Source: Octopus vulgaris (taxonomy: Eukaryota). From it: 64,000 nucleotides of DNA. The position numbers and the translations under genes were made by a program. The stretch covers positions 79,422,001-79,486,000 of the forward strand of contig OX597816.1 of the NCBI GenBank assembly GCA_951406725.2, in the 5' to 3' direction. This document shows, in pieces, positions 38,199 through 62,652 of this stretch. Numbering within the stretch: the stretch's first letter is position 1; every line of letters starts with the position of its first letter. The notes below the pieces were generated by a model that was not told the origin of the DNA, did not search any database, and saw nothing but the letters and a program-made list of their open reading frames with translations.

Positions 38199-38617
38199 AC
38201 CTATAATATATATTTTTGTCCAATTTCATAATTCTTTCATTATTTCATCTTCGACGAACTATTTGACTTTAGCATCAGACCTCCTTCTGCGCTATCGTAG
38301 TTTGTTATGCAAAATTTATCATTTTTTCCACGTGCATTGCTCCTGAAACATAAATTTACAAATTACATATACAAAGGTATTTCTCATGTCTGTATCATTG
38401 TTAGAATAGTAAGAATAACAAACTCAAATCTCACCATCACAGCCTAAATTAAAACAGGCTCGAAATCAATATCACCAGGTTAAGCAAAATAAATATATGC
38501 AGCCGCCACACTAGTCAGAAATAAAAATATACGTTTCATAAAATATATTCATATAACAATATCAAACCCTAAAAACTACTGGCAAAGGGAACATAGAAAA
38601 AGATGAAAATATAACTA

Positions 38618-39598
38618 TTAGGTTGTCAAGTAAGTTCTTGCGGTTTTTAACCTTTAAATTCAGATGCACATATCTCGGCTCAAACAAAACTTTATTAATC
38701 GAAAAACACCATCAGAATAAACACACTTTTTCCAACGCGAAACTAGTTTATTTTTGCCAGTAGCATAAAAATCATGCGTTCTGGTTGCGATGAAATCGTT
38801 GAAGGTGTGTTTGGCATCGTCTTGGTTTTTGAAGCATTTCTCACGCAAGAAGTTGACGAGATGCTTGAAAAAATGGTAGTCGGTAGGCGAGAGGTCTGGT
38901 GAGTAACGCAGATGAGGCAGAGTTTCGTAGCCCAATTCGTTCAACTTCTGCAGGGTCATTTGTGCGACGTGCGGTCGAGCGTTGTCATGGAGAAGCATTG
39001 GTCCTTTCCAATTGAGCAATGCTGGCCATTGCTGTCGGAGTTGGTTGTCGTTCAATTCGTGCAGCACCCATTTCTCAAGTATTTTTGTTTTTCCAATCTC
39101 TTTCAAGTGGTTGGAAATTGTCGTATACGTTACGTCTAATTTAGAAGCAAGATCTCGAACAGCTGTGCGTAGACTGGCTTCCACTAAGGCTCTTAGTTGA
39201 TCGTTTTCAACATCTGATGGCCGACCACTACGTTTATCATCTTCAAGACTCTCGTCACCGCTACGAAATTTCCTGAACCACCATTTTGCTGTACGTTCAT
39301 TAATGGTTCCTGGGTCAAACGCATCGTTGATATCGCGAGCTGTTTCAGCAGACTTTTCGGCCTAGCTTGAACCGGAATACGAAAATTGCGCGAATTTGCT
39401 TTTTGCTCATGCTGTATTCAACGTTCCGGAAAAGTGGCCTAATTATTCAAAAAGAAAAGGAGTAACATGATTAGATAGAACGAGAAACAGGCTTTAAAAT
39501 GATATATAAAGTCAAAGTAATTTAACGAAAATTAATTTGAAAATACATAATTTAAAACCAAAATTAAAAATTCCGCAAGAACTTTCTTGACAACCTAA
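38618..39598 (-). mobile_element. Mariner transposon, cecropia/Hsmar1-like, internally deleted
   Basis: TIRs TTAGGTTGTCAAG.AAGTTCTTGCGG with TA on both sides. Minus-strand MSKKQIRAIF (39410), WVLHEL, LHDNARPH, YSPDLSPTDYHFF. Confidence 0.94.
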
Positions 39599-40059
39599 TA
39601 GTAATCTCTCAAACATTAATAAAATCTATAACTATATGACACAATTGAAATGCATATATTTCAGATTTATAATTTAATGAATAATAAGTATCCGAACTCC
39701 ATAACCTTGAGAAAATAGGCTCTGACTAAATCGAAAAGTGTAAGACCTGAAATATTGTGGAACGGGCTATTCTATTACATCGAGCCCTGTGCAAATCTGA
39801 TGCTTAATTTGTCAACTCTGAAAGGATTAAAAGAGCAAAAGTCACCCTCGGTGTATTTTTAACTCAGAACATAAAGAAGAAAGATATGCCGCTAGGCATT
39901 TTGTCAGGCGTGCTAATGGCGAAGTTTTCTTTTAAGAAGAGAGAGAACCGCTCAGGGTTTAAATATTTGTTTTTGCTTCATTATTAATATGAAATGTTTT
40001 TATTTTTCTGATGAGTGAGAAGACATATGAAATAATATTTCCATATAATCCATTTTTGC

Positions 40060-40580
40060 TTGAGTGAATGCAGTAAGCTAGCGCAAAAACAGTATAAAAG
40101 CAGTCAGGATTATTTTAGGTAAGAGAGGAAATTGAGATGTTAGCTGAGTGTGTAGATTCAGAATAAAAGAAATGTGGTATGAACATGAGTCAGATTCAGT
40201 GATGCAGAATAATAACTTGAGGATATCATGGAATTTCCACATAAAGACTAACCATACTACTGTAACAGGAAGGTCAAATATGATTATAAAGAATAAAAAA
40301 GTGCAAGACCATAAAGTTCAATACTGTATACTAACAGAGTGGATACCAAAGAGACTGAGAAGATTGGGAAATATCAGGATCTAGGCAGAGTGATCACAAA
40401 ATTATGGGAGACTATGATGACAATTATTCCTGTGGTAATTAATGTACTTGAAACAACACCCTAATTCCTACCTAAGAGGATGACAGATATTGGAAATGAG
40501 ACTTGCATTGCCGACATGTCGGAAAATATAAGCCTCTATTCTACAAGAATCTTAAGAAATATTCTCGTGATTTGAGGAAA
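40060..40580 (+). mobile_element. Degenerate R4/Dong-like LINE 3' fragment
   Basis: ECSKLAQKQYK, WYEHE, ISWNF motifs. Confidence 0.6.
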
Positions 40581-40640
40581 CTTTTATCACCAAACATCTC
40601 TGCTAAATAATATAGGATGTAATAGATTTTATTATTATTA

Positions 40641-41113
40641 TTGAGTGAGAGAGTAGTGCATGCCATCAAAGTGACACTGGAGTAAAATATACGAAGCCCA
40701 ATATACCCATCATGACTACCCGTCTGATAAAGGTACACCAGGCACATGCATCACAACCATATGTGCGCGACATGGTGATCTCATATCAAGATAAACAGCA
40801 CATGACCTTGCAGGTGGGGCCCAGTTAGAATTTTCTTCAGGTTGAGTAGCCCATCCCGCTGAAAAGGTCCCTGAATAAGGGTTGTTTAAGGATGTTGAAA
40901 GAACCACCCATGTTTCCAGAGGTGAATTATTCAAACCCCAAAGAATCCCCCTCAACACATGGCCATGATGCTCCCCCACTACTTCTGCTCATGATCAGAG
41001 ATGCACATATCGTCAGCCACTAAGGGACATGCTCAACTGGTTATGGTCAAACAACTGACAAGCAAATCTGTGGTATTGAGCAGAATATTTGCTGTAGCCC
41101 ATCTTTTATACCA

Positions 41114-41173
<60 letters not shown>

Positions 41174-41684
41174 ACAACAACAATAATAATCCTTTCTACT
41201 TTGGGCTATGTCTTAGTATCAAAAATAGGCTAAAGTAAATATTCTGCTCAATACCACAGATTTGCTTGTCAGTTGTTTGACCATAACCAGTTGAGCATGT
41301 GCATCTCTGACCACGAGCAGAAGTAGTGGGGGAGCATCATAGCCATGTGTTGAGAGGAATTCTTTGGGGTTTGAATAATTCACTTCTGGAAACATGCGTG
41401 TTTCATTCATCATCCTTAAACATCCCTTATTCAGGGATCTTTTGAGCGGGATGGGCTACTCAACCCGAAGAAAATTCTAACTGGGCCCCACTTGCAAGGT
41501 CATGCACTGTGTATCTTGACAAACATTCCCATGTCCCACACATGTGGTTGTGATGCATGTGCCTAGTATACTCTTATTACAAGGGTAGCCATGATGGGTA
41601 TTTTGGGCTAATTGTACCTCAGTGTTACTTTGATGGCATGTGCTGCTCTCTCACTCAATAATAATAATAATAATAATAGTGATG

Positions 41685-41768
<84 letters not shown>

Positions 41769-42250
41769 TTGTTTTGTCTTGGTATAAAAGATGGGCTACA
41801 GCAAATATTCTGCTCAATACCACAGATTTGCTTGTCAGTTGTTTGACCTTAACCAGTTGAGCATGTCCCTTAGTGGCTGACGATATGTGCATCTCTGATC
41901 ACGAGCAGAAGTAGTGGGGGAGCATCATAGCCATGTGTTAAGAGGGATTCTTTGGGGTTTGAATAATTCACCTCTGGAAACATGGGTGGTTCTTTCAACA
42001 TCCTTAAACAACCCTTATTCAGGGACCTTTTGAGCGGGATGGGCTACTCAACCTGAAGAAAATTCTAACTGGGCCCCACCTGCAAGGTCATGTGCTGTTT
42101 ATCTTAATATGAGATCACCATGTCGCGCACATATGGTTGTGATGCATGTGCCTGGTGTACCCTTATCAGATGGGTAGTCATGATGGGTATATTGGGCTTC
42201 GTATATTTTACCCCAGTGTCACTTTGATGGCATGAACTGCTCTCTCACTC

Positions 42251-42290
<40 letters not shown>
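40641..42290. repeat. Cluster of three ~470-bp repeat copies (one -, two +) separated by (AAT)n/(ATT)n
   Basis: 40641-41113 is nearly the reverse complement of 41779-42252. Confidence 0.9.
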
Positions 42291-42295
<5 letters not shown>

Positions 42296-42889
42296 TTATA
42301 ATAGTTTCAAATTTTGCCACAAGGGTAGCCATTGTTGGGGAGGGGATCTGTCGATTCATTCGTATCATAATTCATCCTCACAAATTGCTATTTATACTAC
42401 GTGTCCTCCATACATAGTACTATACATGTCATTTAGCATACGTGTCAGTTATCATACACTGTCATTTCCGTAAAAGCATCATTATTATTTCCACTCCTTG
42501 TGTTCTAGAACACATTGCACAGTAAGATGACGCCACTGGTTTCTGTTGGCTACGGTTTTCTCAATGTCCAGTCATGTTATACTGGCCTCTCTACTGTCAG
42601 TTATGAAAGATCTGTACCATGTACTTTTCGTGCTTTCTATTTCCCTCCGGTAGCGTAAATTTGAAAGTTCTTTTAGAATACTGTTGTTCAAGTAGCCAGG
42701 GAATGTGACCAGCAAAGTTTTTTATCTTCGCTCTGTGAGGATTTCACTCAGTGGTCTTTAGAATATTTTGATTGGTTATGTGATGTTGCCAGTACAATCT
42801 CAGAATCTTATTCAAGCATCTTTATAGAACACACCCAGGTTTTTACTAATTTTCACGATGCCTTTCATGTAACTCTAGCATAAAAAAAA

Positions 42890-45800
42890 GTTTAGACCCA
42901 ACTTAAGGGTAGTAAGGGTTCTGCAGTCTTGGTTGACAATCTTACTAGGGATGGTGTCTTGATAAAAATACCGGTTGGTGGCTAACCTTAAAACACCTAC
43001 CTCAATGTTGAGTGAAAATGTCTACTACAAATGTGTCAAATAATGGTGTTAATGAGGCTGGAACCAAAGGTGAAAGCCTTTTGCCCAGCAAGTGCCCTGT
43101 TGTTGAGCAGCGCAGGCCTGGTCGTCATTCAAAGACTGTTTGTACACAAAGCTAGAGGCAGGTGGAATAAGGAAGTAAACCGAATAGTAATTGAATGCTG
43201 GATCAGGAATGAACCCAGCAGAAGGGGATTCCGACAACGAATGAAAGCAAAATGGAATGAGATAGGACTTTTCGAAATAAGTGAGCAACGGTTAGCCGAC
43301 CAGGCAAGAGCAATAAGAACAAAAGGGTGGTTAACAGACATGGAAATAGATGAGATAAAAAGAAAAGTAGAAGATAGAAATAACTCTTCACCAACAGATA
43401 ACGTGCCCAGTGAGAACAGAAAAATGAAAGGCGACAGTGAAAATGTAGAGCAAAGTGTAAATGTAAATGCATTCCCAGCAAATGAAGCAGAAGTAATAGG
43501 AAGGGCTATATCACAAGAATATGATGATGACCAACCAGACATACTGAGGACGTTGTGCCGATATATTAGAGAAGACCAGGATCAAGCACCCCCACTCCAA
43601 CATTTTCAGTACGAAAGTATAAGAATAATGCTGGGAAGAACATATAGAATAAGAGATAAAGGTTATGATTTGATATTGGAAGAATTGAAACAAAGGGTAG
43701 TAGCAATCAAAGTAAAACTGTGTAAGATATGACAATAGTAAAAAACAGTTCAGGCAAAATAGATTGCTAGAGAAACTGTTTCAGGAACTAGATGGGCAGT
43801 TACACGTAACAATGATACCAGATGCAGAGGAAAGCAAGGCATTCTGGAGAGGGATCTGGGACCAACCTGTAGGGCATAATGATGGAACTACATGAAATCC
43901 AAGATTAATTAAGAAAATAGAAGTCCAAGAAGACATAACGATAACTACAGAAATGATAAAAACGCAGTTAAGAAAATTCTTACATTGGAAGAGCCCAGGA
44001 CCGGATGGGGTCCATGGTTATTGGATGAAGAAGCTAAGAGGGCTCCATGAAAGGATAGCACAACAGCTAGATAAGTGATTGCAGGAAGGCGCAGTACCCA
44101 GCTGGATGACAAAGGGATCCTGAAAAGGGAAATGTTGCCGCCAACTTTAGACCAATTACATGCTTTCCACTAATGAGGAAACTAATGTGACGTGCTTTGG
44201 CCGGTGAACTGTATAGATGGAAAAAAGTGGGCTACTACCAATTGAACAGAAAGGTTGCCGAAAAAGGAGACGGAGACGAAGCATCAGCTCTTAATTGATG
44301 ATTTAATTATCAAGAACTGCATGAGGATTCGTAAAAATCTGTGCAGGGCATGGATTGACTATCGCAACGCATACGATATGATACCACACTCCTGGATAAT
44401 AAGAACAATGGAAATGTATGGAGTAGCAGAAAATATGATAAGTCTTATATGGAATAGCATGAATTGCTGGAGAACGAATTAACAGCAGGGAATCAGATAT
44501 TAGAAGAGGTGAAAATCAAAAGAGGATATTCATGTTAAAAATGATCCACTTAAGTGAAATATACAGAAAACAAAGTTGGGGTATGATCTGGGAAGAGGTA
44601 AGGGAAAACTGAACCACTCGCTGTTCATGGACTGCATGAAGCTATTCACAAAAACTGAGGCAGAACTGGACAACCTAGTCCAGTCTGTGCGGATTTTCCC
44701 CAATGATATTAAGATGGAGTTTGGACTCTCAAAATGTGCTACGATGGGTGATGAGACGAGGAAAACTTGCCAGGACAGACGGCATATGTATGTCAAGTGG
44801 TGAAATGATGAAGGCAAGTGAACCTGAATTCAGTTAGAAATACCTGACTGAGAAAAGGAGATGGAATTAAACACAACGATATGAAAAAAAGACAAAGAAA
44901 GAGTACCTAAGGCGTGTGAGAAAAGTATTGGCTTCAAAGATGAATACCAGAAACATAATTTCAGCTATAAACTTGCGTGCAGTTTCAGTAGTTCAGAATG
45001 GTGCTGAAATCCTGAAATGAACAGAAGAGGAGCTAAAGGAATTAGACGGGAAGACAAGAAAGCTCCCAACGATGCATGGAGCCCATCATCCACGTGCAGA
45101 CATTGATCGCTTATACATGAAGAAAGCAAATGGAAGAAGGGGACTAATAAGTGTGGAAGACTGCGTGCGTATTGCATTCGAGAGTTTAATGAGATACCTA
45201 GCCCAAAGTGAGGAAACCTAGCTAGTGAAAGTTAGGAACAAGGGTGTTCCTAATATCACAGACTGGACTAGGTTGTCCAGTTCTGCCTCAGTTTTTGTGA
45301 ATAGTTTGATGTCGTCCATGAACAGCAAGGGTATATTGAGAGCAAAGAAAAAAGGGAAAGCAGAGAAAGAAGTACGAAAAGGACATGAAGAGGAATTATG
45401 CAAGAAGGAACTACATAATCTATTTCATGTAGCCACAACTGAAGATACATAGGTAGGATTGCTGAAGAAAGGGACATTGAACAAAGAGACTGAGAACACT
45501 ATACTGGCAGCGCAAGACCAAGCTTTGGCTAAGAATTGGAGGGTCAACCTTTGGAATGAGCAAGTGTCTCCGATGTTCAAAAAAGAAGGTAAAACAATTG
45601 ATAAATATACCCTCTTATGTGCAAAATATCCCAGCTATGAAACATGAAGAAGGTGAACATAGTGCCAATCGTTGTTGGGTCCTTGGAAGCAATATAGAAG
45701 GCATCAAGAGGAATACACAGGAAATTGGAATAGAGTATCCAGTAGAACTGAAACAAAAGGTTTGCTTCCTTAGCACGGCCAGAATAATCAGGAAAGTATT

Positions 45801-45930
45801 AGACAGTTGCAAAGAACAGATAGCATGGTACCGCAGGCTACAGGCAGCAAGCCCACTACAAATGCAAAACTCCAGAAGTTCCAACAAAACCTGAGATAAA
45901 AATAAAAAATAACAATGATAATTATAATAA
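42890..45930 (+). mobile_element. Near full-length decayed R4/Dong-like LINE
   Basis: RWNKEVN...[11 protein letters not shown]; WKSPGPDG; NFRPITCF; WIDYRNAYDMIPHSWI; MEFGLSKC; ILAAQDQAL; TARIIRKVL; many stops. Confidence 0.88.
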
Positions 45931-46939
45931 TTGGGAGGACCACAGCAAATTACAAACATTATAGACGTGTGACAGCGAGCTGCCTGGGATGATAGGTCAA
46001 ATCTGAAACCATCAAGAAGCAGAAGTTAAGAATCCGCAAAAACAATGGAAGTAAAGTATGTTTTAATGTAAGTAATTTCAGGAAACCGAAATATTTCTCT
46101 TCATATATGGGGTGTATATATATATATATATATATATATTAGCTTCTCTCTGATGTGCCGCCACAGCAAAACGTCCGTGAAGATATAAACATGTGGACTG
46201 CAATACTTCTAGACCAAAACTGCGAAATTGTAAGTAAATTTTTAATCTGATATGCAAACCTATCCCCTGAAGAGGGAAAAGGAGCAATTATGATTGAGGC
46301 TCTGTGAAAACAAAAACAATAAATAGAGAATAAAGAATAAAGTAGAAAGAAATAGAAAACTTCGTCTTGTGGGCCTCGGGCAATCGCGATACGAAAGAAG
46401 CTTCAATACACCTCCAGAGGATGTGTTCTCTGTCAAAAAGTTAGCGCTGTAAAGACGGACCCATCTCTTATTGTCACAGCCCTAACGAATAACAAAACTA
46501 GAAACGAATGATGGACAGATGACAACAATTACAATGAAGTGATATACGCTTACAAGAATGCAACACTATGCCCAAAACACACAGGAATATATTCATACAG
46601 TAAATACCCAGTTAAACGAACAACTCCCTACATATGCCATGAAGGCCAATACCCAACAGAAGAATAGCGCACAATACACACACAACACACAATACAAATA
46701 TTACCACAACAGAACAAACTAAACTTTGTAGCAAAACATATTCCCCAATACAATACTCCCCCAACGACAAAAACAAACAAAAACAAAAATGCAATGCTGC
46801 ACACACCTCAGCAGCACGAAAGTGTAGAATGTGGTACAATAGAAACTTACTTGAAACTATCAGATGTTGAATAATAATAGTGAAGAACATTCCCATTACC
46901 TTACCTCATTTTATGAGAGACAAGGTTTTGCACAGAAAC

Positions 46940-47610
46940 TCTGATTGTAACAGTGAAAATTAGGCTGGACCTTTCAGGCAAGGGATCTTGCTTGGCAATG
47001 GTTCAGTACAGATGCAGAATGACTACAGCTATTACCCTAAGATAAAATCAGTAGATAATAGAGTAAAGAAACGGAAGTGTACTAGCGAAGAAAATAAGAT
47101 AGTAATGCAGAGTTACTTAGAAAGTGTACCTAAAAGAAGGGGTTTTAGAAGAAGAATGTTACATTTTGGGTAAAGAAGGGTATGTTTAAAGTGACTGAGC
47201 AGAGACAAGTAGATGAAGCTGATGCCATTAGAAGAAAGTGGATGACAAACATAGAAGTGGAAGAGGTCACCAGAGAACTGACAAAGAAAGACCAAGCAAT
47301 TGAAAAGCCAAGCAACAATATAGACGCAGTTAAAACCAAAGAAGGATCAAGAGGAAAGAATGACAATAGCACTAACTACCAATCAATAATGGCACTAGCG
47401 AATTAAGCAACCAGAAGACCAGAAGATCAGTATCAAAAGGAGCCAACAGAAGAAAGCTGCTAGATATGATTAGGAAGGTAGATTCTGTTATCTGTAGGAT
47501 AGATACTAAAAATATAGGTAACTCTAACTTCTTGATCTACGTAGGAGGGGTAGTTGTTTGTAGAAGATTAGGTATTCCTCAAGGAAAGATTATGAAAAAA
47601 CAAATGTGGA
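46940..47610 (+). mobile_element. R4/Dong-like LINE 5' fragment
   Basis: EENKIVMQSYLES.PKRRGFRRRM and EQRQVDEADAIRRK are homologous to 43160-43350. Confidence 0.7.
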
Positions 47611-48559
47611 GTGAAGCTTTTTGGACAAAATCTGAAAAGGATGGAAACTTGTCTTATAGCCGGTTTGGTTACTGTTTGTGTAACACTACTTTTATATGTT
47701 TCCTATTTGGAAATAGATAATAAATATATTTTTACTTTTGAAGTAAGAATATATATTGATAAACACGTCACTTATAACTCACTTATAAGTGTTATCATAC
47801 ATAAATCCTGACTCCAGCTACATAAATGCCATAGTGAGAAATATATATACTTTGAAACGCTAACGGGCATTTTATGCGTGCATGTATGTTGAAGATAAAT
47901 AAATTCGTGTTATTTTAGCCGCTATAAAAAATAGTTTCAGAATTGCAGAAATAAATTTCATTAACAAGTTGAAGAACGTGAAGAAAGAGAAAATAATTAC
48001 TTATGTACATTTAGCATAAATGCTAAATTATTTATGTACATTTAGCATTTATAGTACAATTGGAAAGGAAAGTCATTTTGTCGTAGAGAATTACAACTTA
48101 AAATTCACACTAGCTAATCCTTCATACTAACAACTAGAGTTCATAACAATTCAAATGTCTTGTTGGATTTTTATCATAGATATGGAATAAAAAATAGCCA
48201 ATATCTCAATGAGAGAGTGTTGTGGAGTTTAGTAACATCCTATGAACACTGAGTAATTTCCCCTAAATCAGGGTTTTTATAACTGCTCATATCCGAATTC
48301 TAAGGACCGTATTTCGTAAAAGATTTCTTTGACGAAAGTTTAGAATTCGTATATGGGCAGTTAACGAATGGGATACCAACAATTATGCTTGTTTGGGAAA
48401 ACGAACATTACGTCATATTGCCGCCTTTTATCACTTGCTACACTTGGAAACTGAACAACTCTGTGAAAGCCAAAATAACCGCTTTTCATTATATATTCCT
48501 CGTTGACTGCTACAACTGATATAAGTGTGAATGAACTTTGAAATTTGTACTGCACGTAT

Positions 48560-51069
48560 AGTAGGGGGGACCGGGGCAAGTTGACGCATTTTCTCTAGAG
48601 AAAATGCGAAACTACTTTCGGACGGTTTAATGTCATCATAGTAGTGCTGTTAGTATAAGCTTCCCCATCATTTGATTTCGTCGCCTTTGTGAGAGTTTGT
48701 CTGCTACACGCGGACAACATTGGAATTTTCCACTTGGTAAGTTATTTTCGACATGTTTGATAATTAGTTATTTTGGATATTGTTTAAGACTCCATTATGT
48801 GTATTAAACCTTAAGGAGTTAGTAATATATCTCTCACGACCCTATACAAATGGACTCTTGCGAAACCCTAGCGGTTTTCTCTCAGTGTTTACATTTACGA
48901 GGGAAATGGGGTCGGGGCAAGTTGACACATGTAAACAGGGGTACATTGACACAGTTTGTCAACTTGCCCCAGTCTGTGATAAAGTTGTTGTAGGTTGCTT
49001 ACATTGATTCACAGACTGTATCTATCCCATTTTATCTAAGAGTGTTTGCTATTTGATAGTCTATTTGTCTGGTATATTGGATCAATTCGTTGAGTAATTT
49101 ATGTATTGCTTGCTATAGTTTTAGATCAGCTATCTTTATCTATACCAACCTATTCTATCTTCATACCACTACTTACTTAGTCAACAGCTTGTATACTGCC
49201 TAAGCTTTGTAACCTGTACCACTGATATATAAGCATGAAGTTATGCCGTTACCAGGTATGCTTGACACTAAAAAGTAGGTAAACACTCAGAACTTCGTTT
49301 TGCTTTCACTGTTGGATTATGCAATGAGCTAAATTGCTTCCCACCTCTCTCTCTCTCTCTCTTTACAGACCTAAATCTACAATTGTCATGGTGCGACACT
49401 ACAAACGCAAAAGCGAGAGGGCAATCCTTCCACAGGATGTAATCCAACAGGCTATTCAACAGGTCTGAGCTCGTGTCATCTCCTTGCGGGAAGCTTCGAG
49501 GACATTTGGCATCCCTTTAAAATCTCTGTCTCGCTATTGCACCAAGGCCACTGAAGCAAACAACAACGATCACAGTCTTAGTGGATACAAAAAGCCACGG
49601 CAAGTTCTCACCGACGAGTTCGAGAATCAATTAGAGGCTTATGTTTTGGCTGCCGCAGAAATTTACTATGGGCTTGCTCCAAAGGATGTGCGGAAATTGG
49701 CTTTTCAGATGGCAAAGGTACATGGATGTAAAAGTCCTCCAGCCTGGCATGAGACAGAAATGGCAGGTAAAGACTGGTTCTCTGGATATCTTCAATGACA
49801 CAAGAATTTGTCCATAAGAAGTTCACAGGCAACAAGCTTGGCACGAGCAACAAGTTTCAACAAGACAAATGTTGCTATGTTTTTCAACCAGCTTGCTGAT
49901 GTGATGCTTCCATTCAATATCTATAACATGGATGAAACTGGCATAACAACTGTGCAGCGCCCAGATAGAATTATTGCCAGAAAAGTAACAAAGCAAGTGG
50001 GGAAAATCACAAGTGCGGAGAGGGGAACTCTGGTCACATTGGCATACTGTGTAAATGCCGCTGGAAACAGCATACCACCGTTTTTTGTTTTTCCCCGGAA
50101 GAACTTTAAGCCACATTTCCTGGACAATGGACCATCAGGCAGCGATGGAGGTGCTAATCCATCTGATTGGATGTGTGAGGAGCAGTTTGTGAAATTTCTT
50201 CAACACTTTGTGAGGAATGTGAAGTGTTCAAACAGTCACCATACCTTCTCTTACTGGACAATCCCGATTCCCACCTTAGTATCGAGGGGCTAACTTATGC
50301 ATCAGACAATGGCATCACCATGCTTTCTTTCCCACCTCACTGCATACACAGGTTACAGCCGTTGGACAAAGCGGTCTATGGACCACTGAAGATGTACACA
50401 AACACTGCAATTGATGACTGGCATATTAACCATCCTGGCCAGACCATGACATTCCGTGTTATGTCAAAACTGCATGGCCATTGACTGCAACTCCGACGAA
50501 CATTCTTAGTGGCTTTTCTTCTACAGGGATATGCCCTTTTAACCGCAACATTTTCACAGACAGCGACTTTGCACCAAGCTATGTCACTGACCGGCCGGAT
50601 CCTGCTCTTTCAGCACCTGGGTCTTCAGCACTTGCAACACCTGGGCCTTCAAGCAACATAGCCGCCAAGTCTTTTCTTTCACCATTTCAAATCCGTCCAC
50701 TAGCAGGTCAACGAAGGGAAAAGGTTTAACTGTTAAGAAAAAATTTCAAATTCAAGTTATACCTCTGATGAGGAAGAGTGCTGTTGCTTAGTGTGCTGCG
50801 AACCTTTTTCCAACAGCAAAGGAAGGGAAGTGTGGCTTCACTGCTCTGATCGTAAAGGTTGGGCTCACGAGGCATGCACACCAGGTCTGACAATATTCAC
50901 ATGCCCAAATTGTGACTCTGATGACGATATGTAATGAAACTGTAATAAAGGCCCTTGATCAAACCAACAAGCTTATATCATGTGTTTCTGTCCACTAACA
51001 TGTATGTTCCAAGAAAATGCATTCATGTGTCAACATACCCCATTATATGTGTCAACTTGCCCCGGTATC
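48560..51069 (+). mobile_element. pogo/Tigger-family DDE transposon (HTH-psq, DDE_1, C-terminal PHD finger), defective; ORF ~49388-50934
   Basis: MVRHYKRKS...SLREASRTFGIP; IYNMDETG; LLLLDNPDSH; PPHCIHRLQPLDKAVYGPLK; CxxC...W...WAHEAC...CPNC. GGGGCAAGTTGAC repeats at the left end, inverted at the right end. Confidence 0.9.
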
Positions 51070-51153
51070 GTGGTCTTAGAAAATGCACAAAATTTAAGTG
51101 GTCTTAGAAAATGCACAAAATTTAAGTGGTCTTAGAAAATGCACAAAATATAA
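51070..51153. repeat. 28-bp tandem repeat x3
   Basis: GTGGTCTTAGAAAATGCACAAAATTTAA at 51070, 51098, 51126. Confidence 0.95.
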
Positions 51154-51540
51154 ATCCAGACAATAAGCAGATGAGATCTCTAGCTTTGTAAGTCTTCTGC
51201 TATGGTTGATTTATGCGTGTAATACAAGATGCAGTAGAATACATTAAATAGTATTGCTCTGTCAGTGAAAATGTAAAAAATGTAGTCAACTAATCTTTGT
51301 CTAAAATTTTCAAGTCAAGATTTAATGATAAAAAATGTCAACGTACTTCAACATATTATACAAGGAGAGGGGGAGTCAAAGTTTCATTTGCCTGACACAT
51401 CTGATAAATATATACTATAAATACTTTCTGAGCTGCAAATTAGTCTAACGCTAAAGGAAAGCAAAAGAAACTGATTAGGATTTTAATTTTCAGTAGATAA
51501 CTTTAAATCGGTTACAATAACTAATACATCAACAACTACA

Positions 51541-61720
<10,180 letters not shown>

Positions 61721-62525
61721 GTAATTATGTTATTATATTTCATTAATCTTTCTTGTAGTTTAATTTGTGTAAAGTCTAAGACACATATCTAGTCATGGTA
61801 GAAATCTATTTTCGCTATTCAATGCTTAATTTTCTAAACGAGTTGCAGAAAAACAATCGTCAACAACAAACATATCCAACAGCTGGCGGATGCATGTCTC
61901 CATCAAAAAATTAATCTGATGCCAAGTTAATGAATTTTTTTTTTTCATTTTTTTTTACGTTTTGAGAGAGAGGAATTGTTCAGGTGGCCCGAGCACTGCT
62001 TATATCAAGAAAACAGAACTGCAAGACACAGCAGTTAAACAAGAGCAGCGCTCAGTTAGAACCCTCACTTTCACTCCAAATATAAAGGAATAAGTCCCAC
62101 AATAGATCATGCGCCTACATGGTACTGCTGCTATGCTAACATGTATCCTAGAAGGCACCCAGCGAAAAGCCACTCGACTAAATGGAATTCAGTCAACAGC
62201 AAAACGTTCCAATGATTAACCAACATGTGTGCTGTCTTCATTCTTAGCCTTTTCTATCGCTTTTATAATGGCTTCCGATCCTTGGAAGCACTCTGTCACT
62301 CAGTCATCAGCGACGAACGTATATTTTCATCTTTCGCAACCTTTCACCTCGATCTCGCCATTATGTTCTCCAGAACATCACCATTCTTGAACCTCCCAGC
62401 TCGTGTCTTTCCTGCAGGTATTGAACTGCAAAAGTTTAAATAGAACGTAAATAGCACGAAATCTACCGGTATCGGTGGGCCTACATGTGTCATACGCAAT
62501 GCTCTTCCTTCACACTCAACAAGTA

Positions 62526-62564
<39 letters not shown>

Positions 62565-62572
62565 TATATATA

Positions 62573-62652
<80 letters not shown>

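Noticed and set aside
46143-46185. Hammerhead-like CTGATGT-GC...GC-AAAAC-GTC (similar weak hits at ~55000-55030 minus, ~19290-19325 minus, ~40008-40035)
   Set aside because: One or more invariant core positions are altered or stems are unsupported; not credible as active ribozymes.
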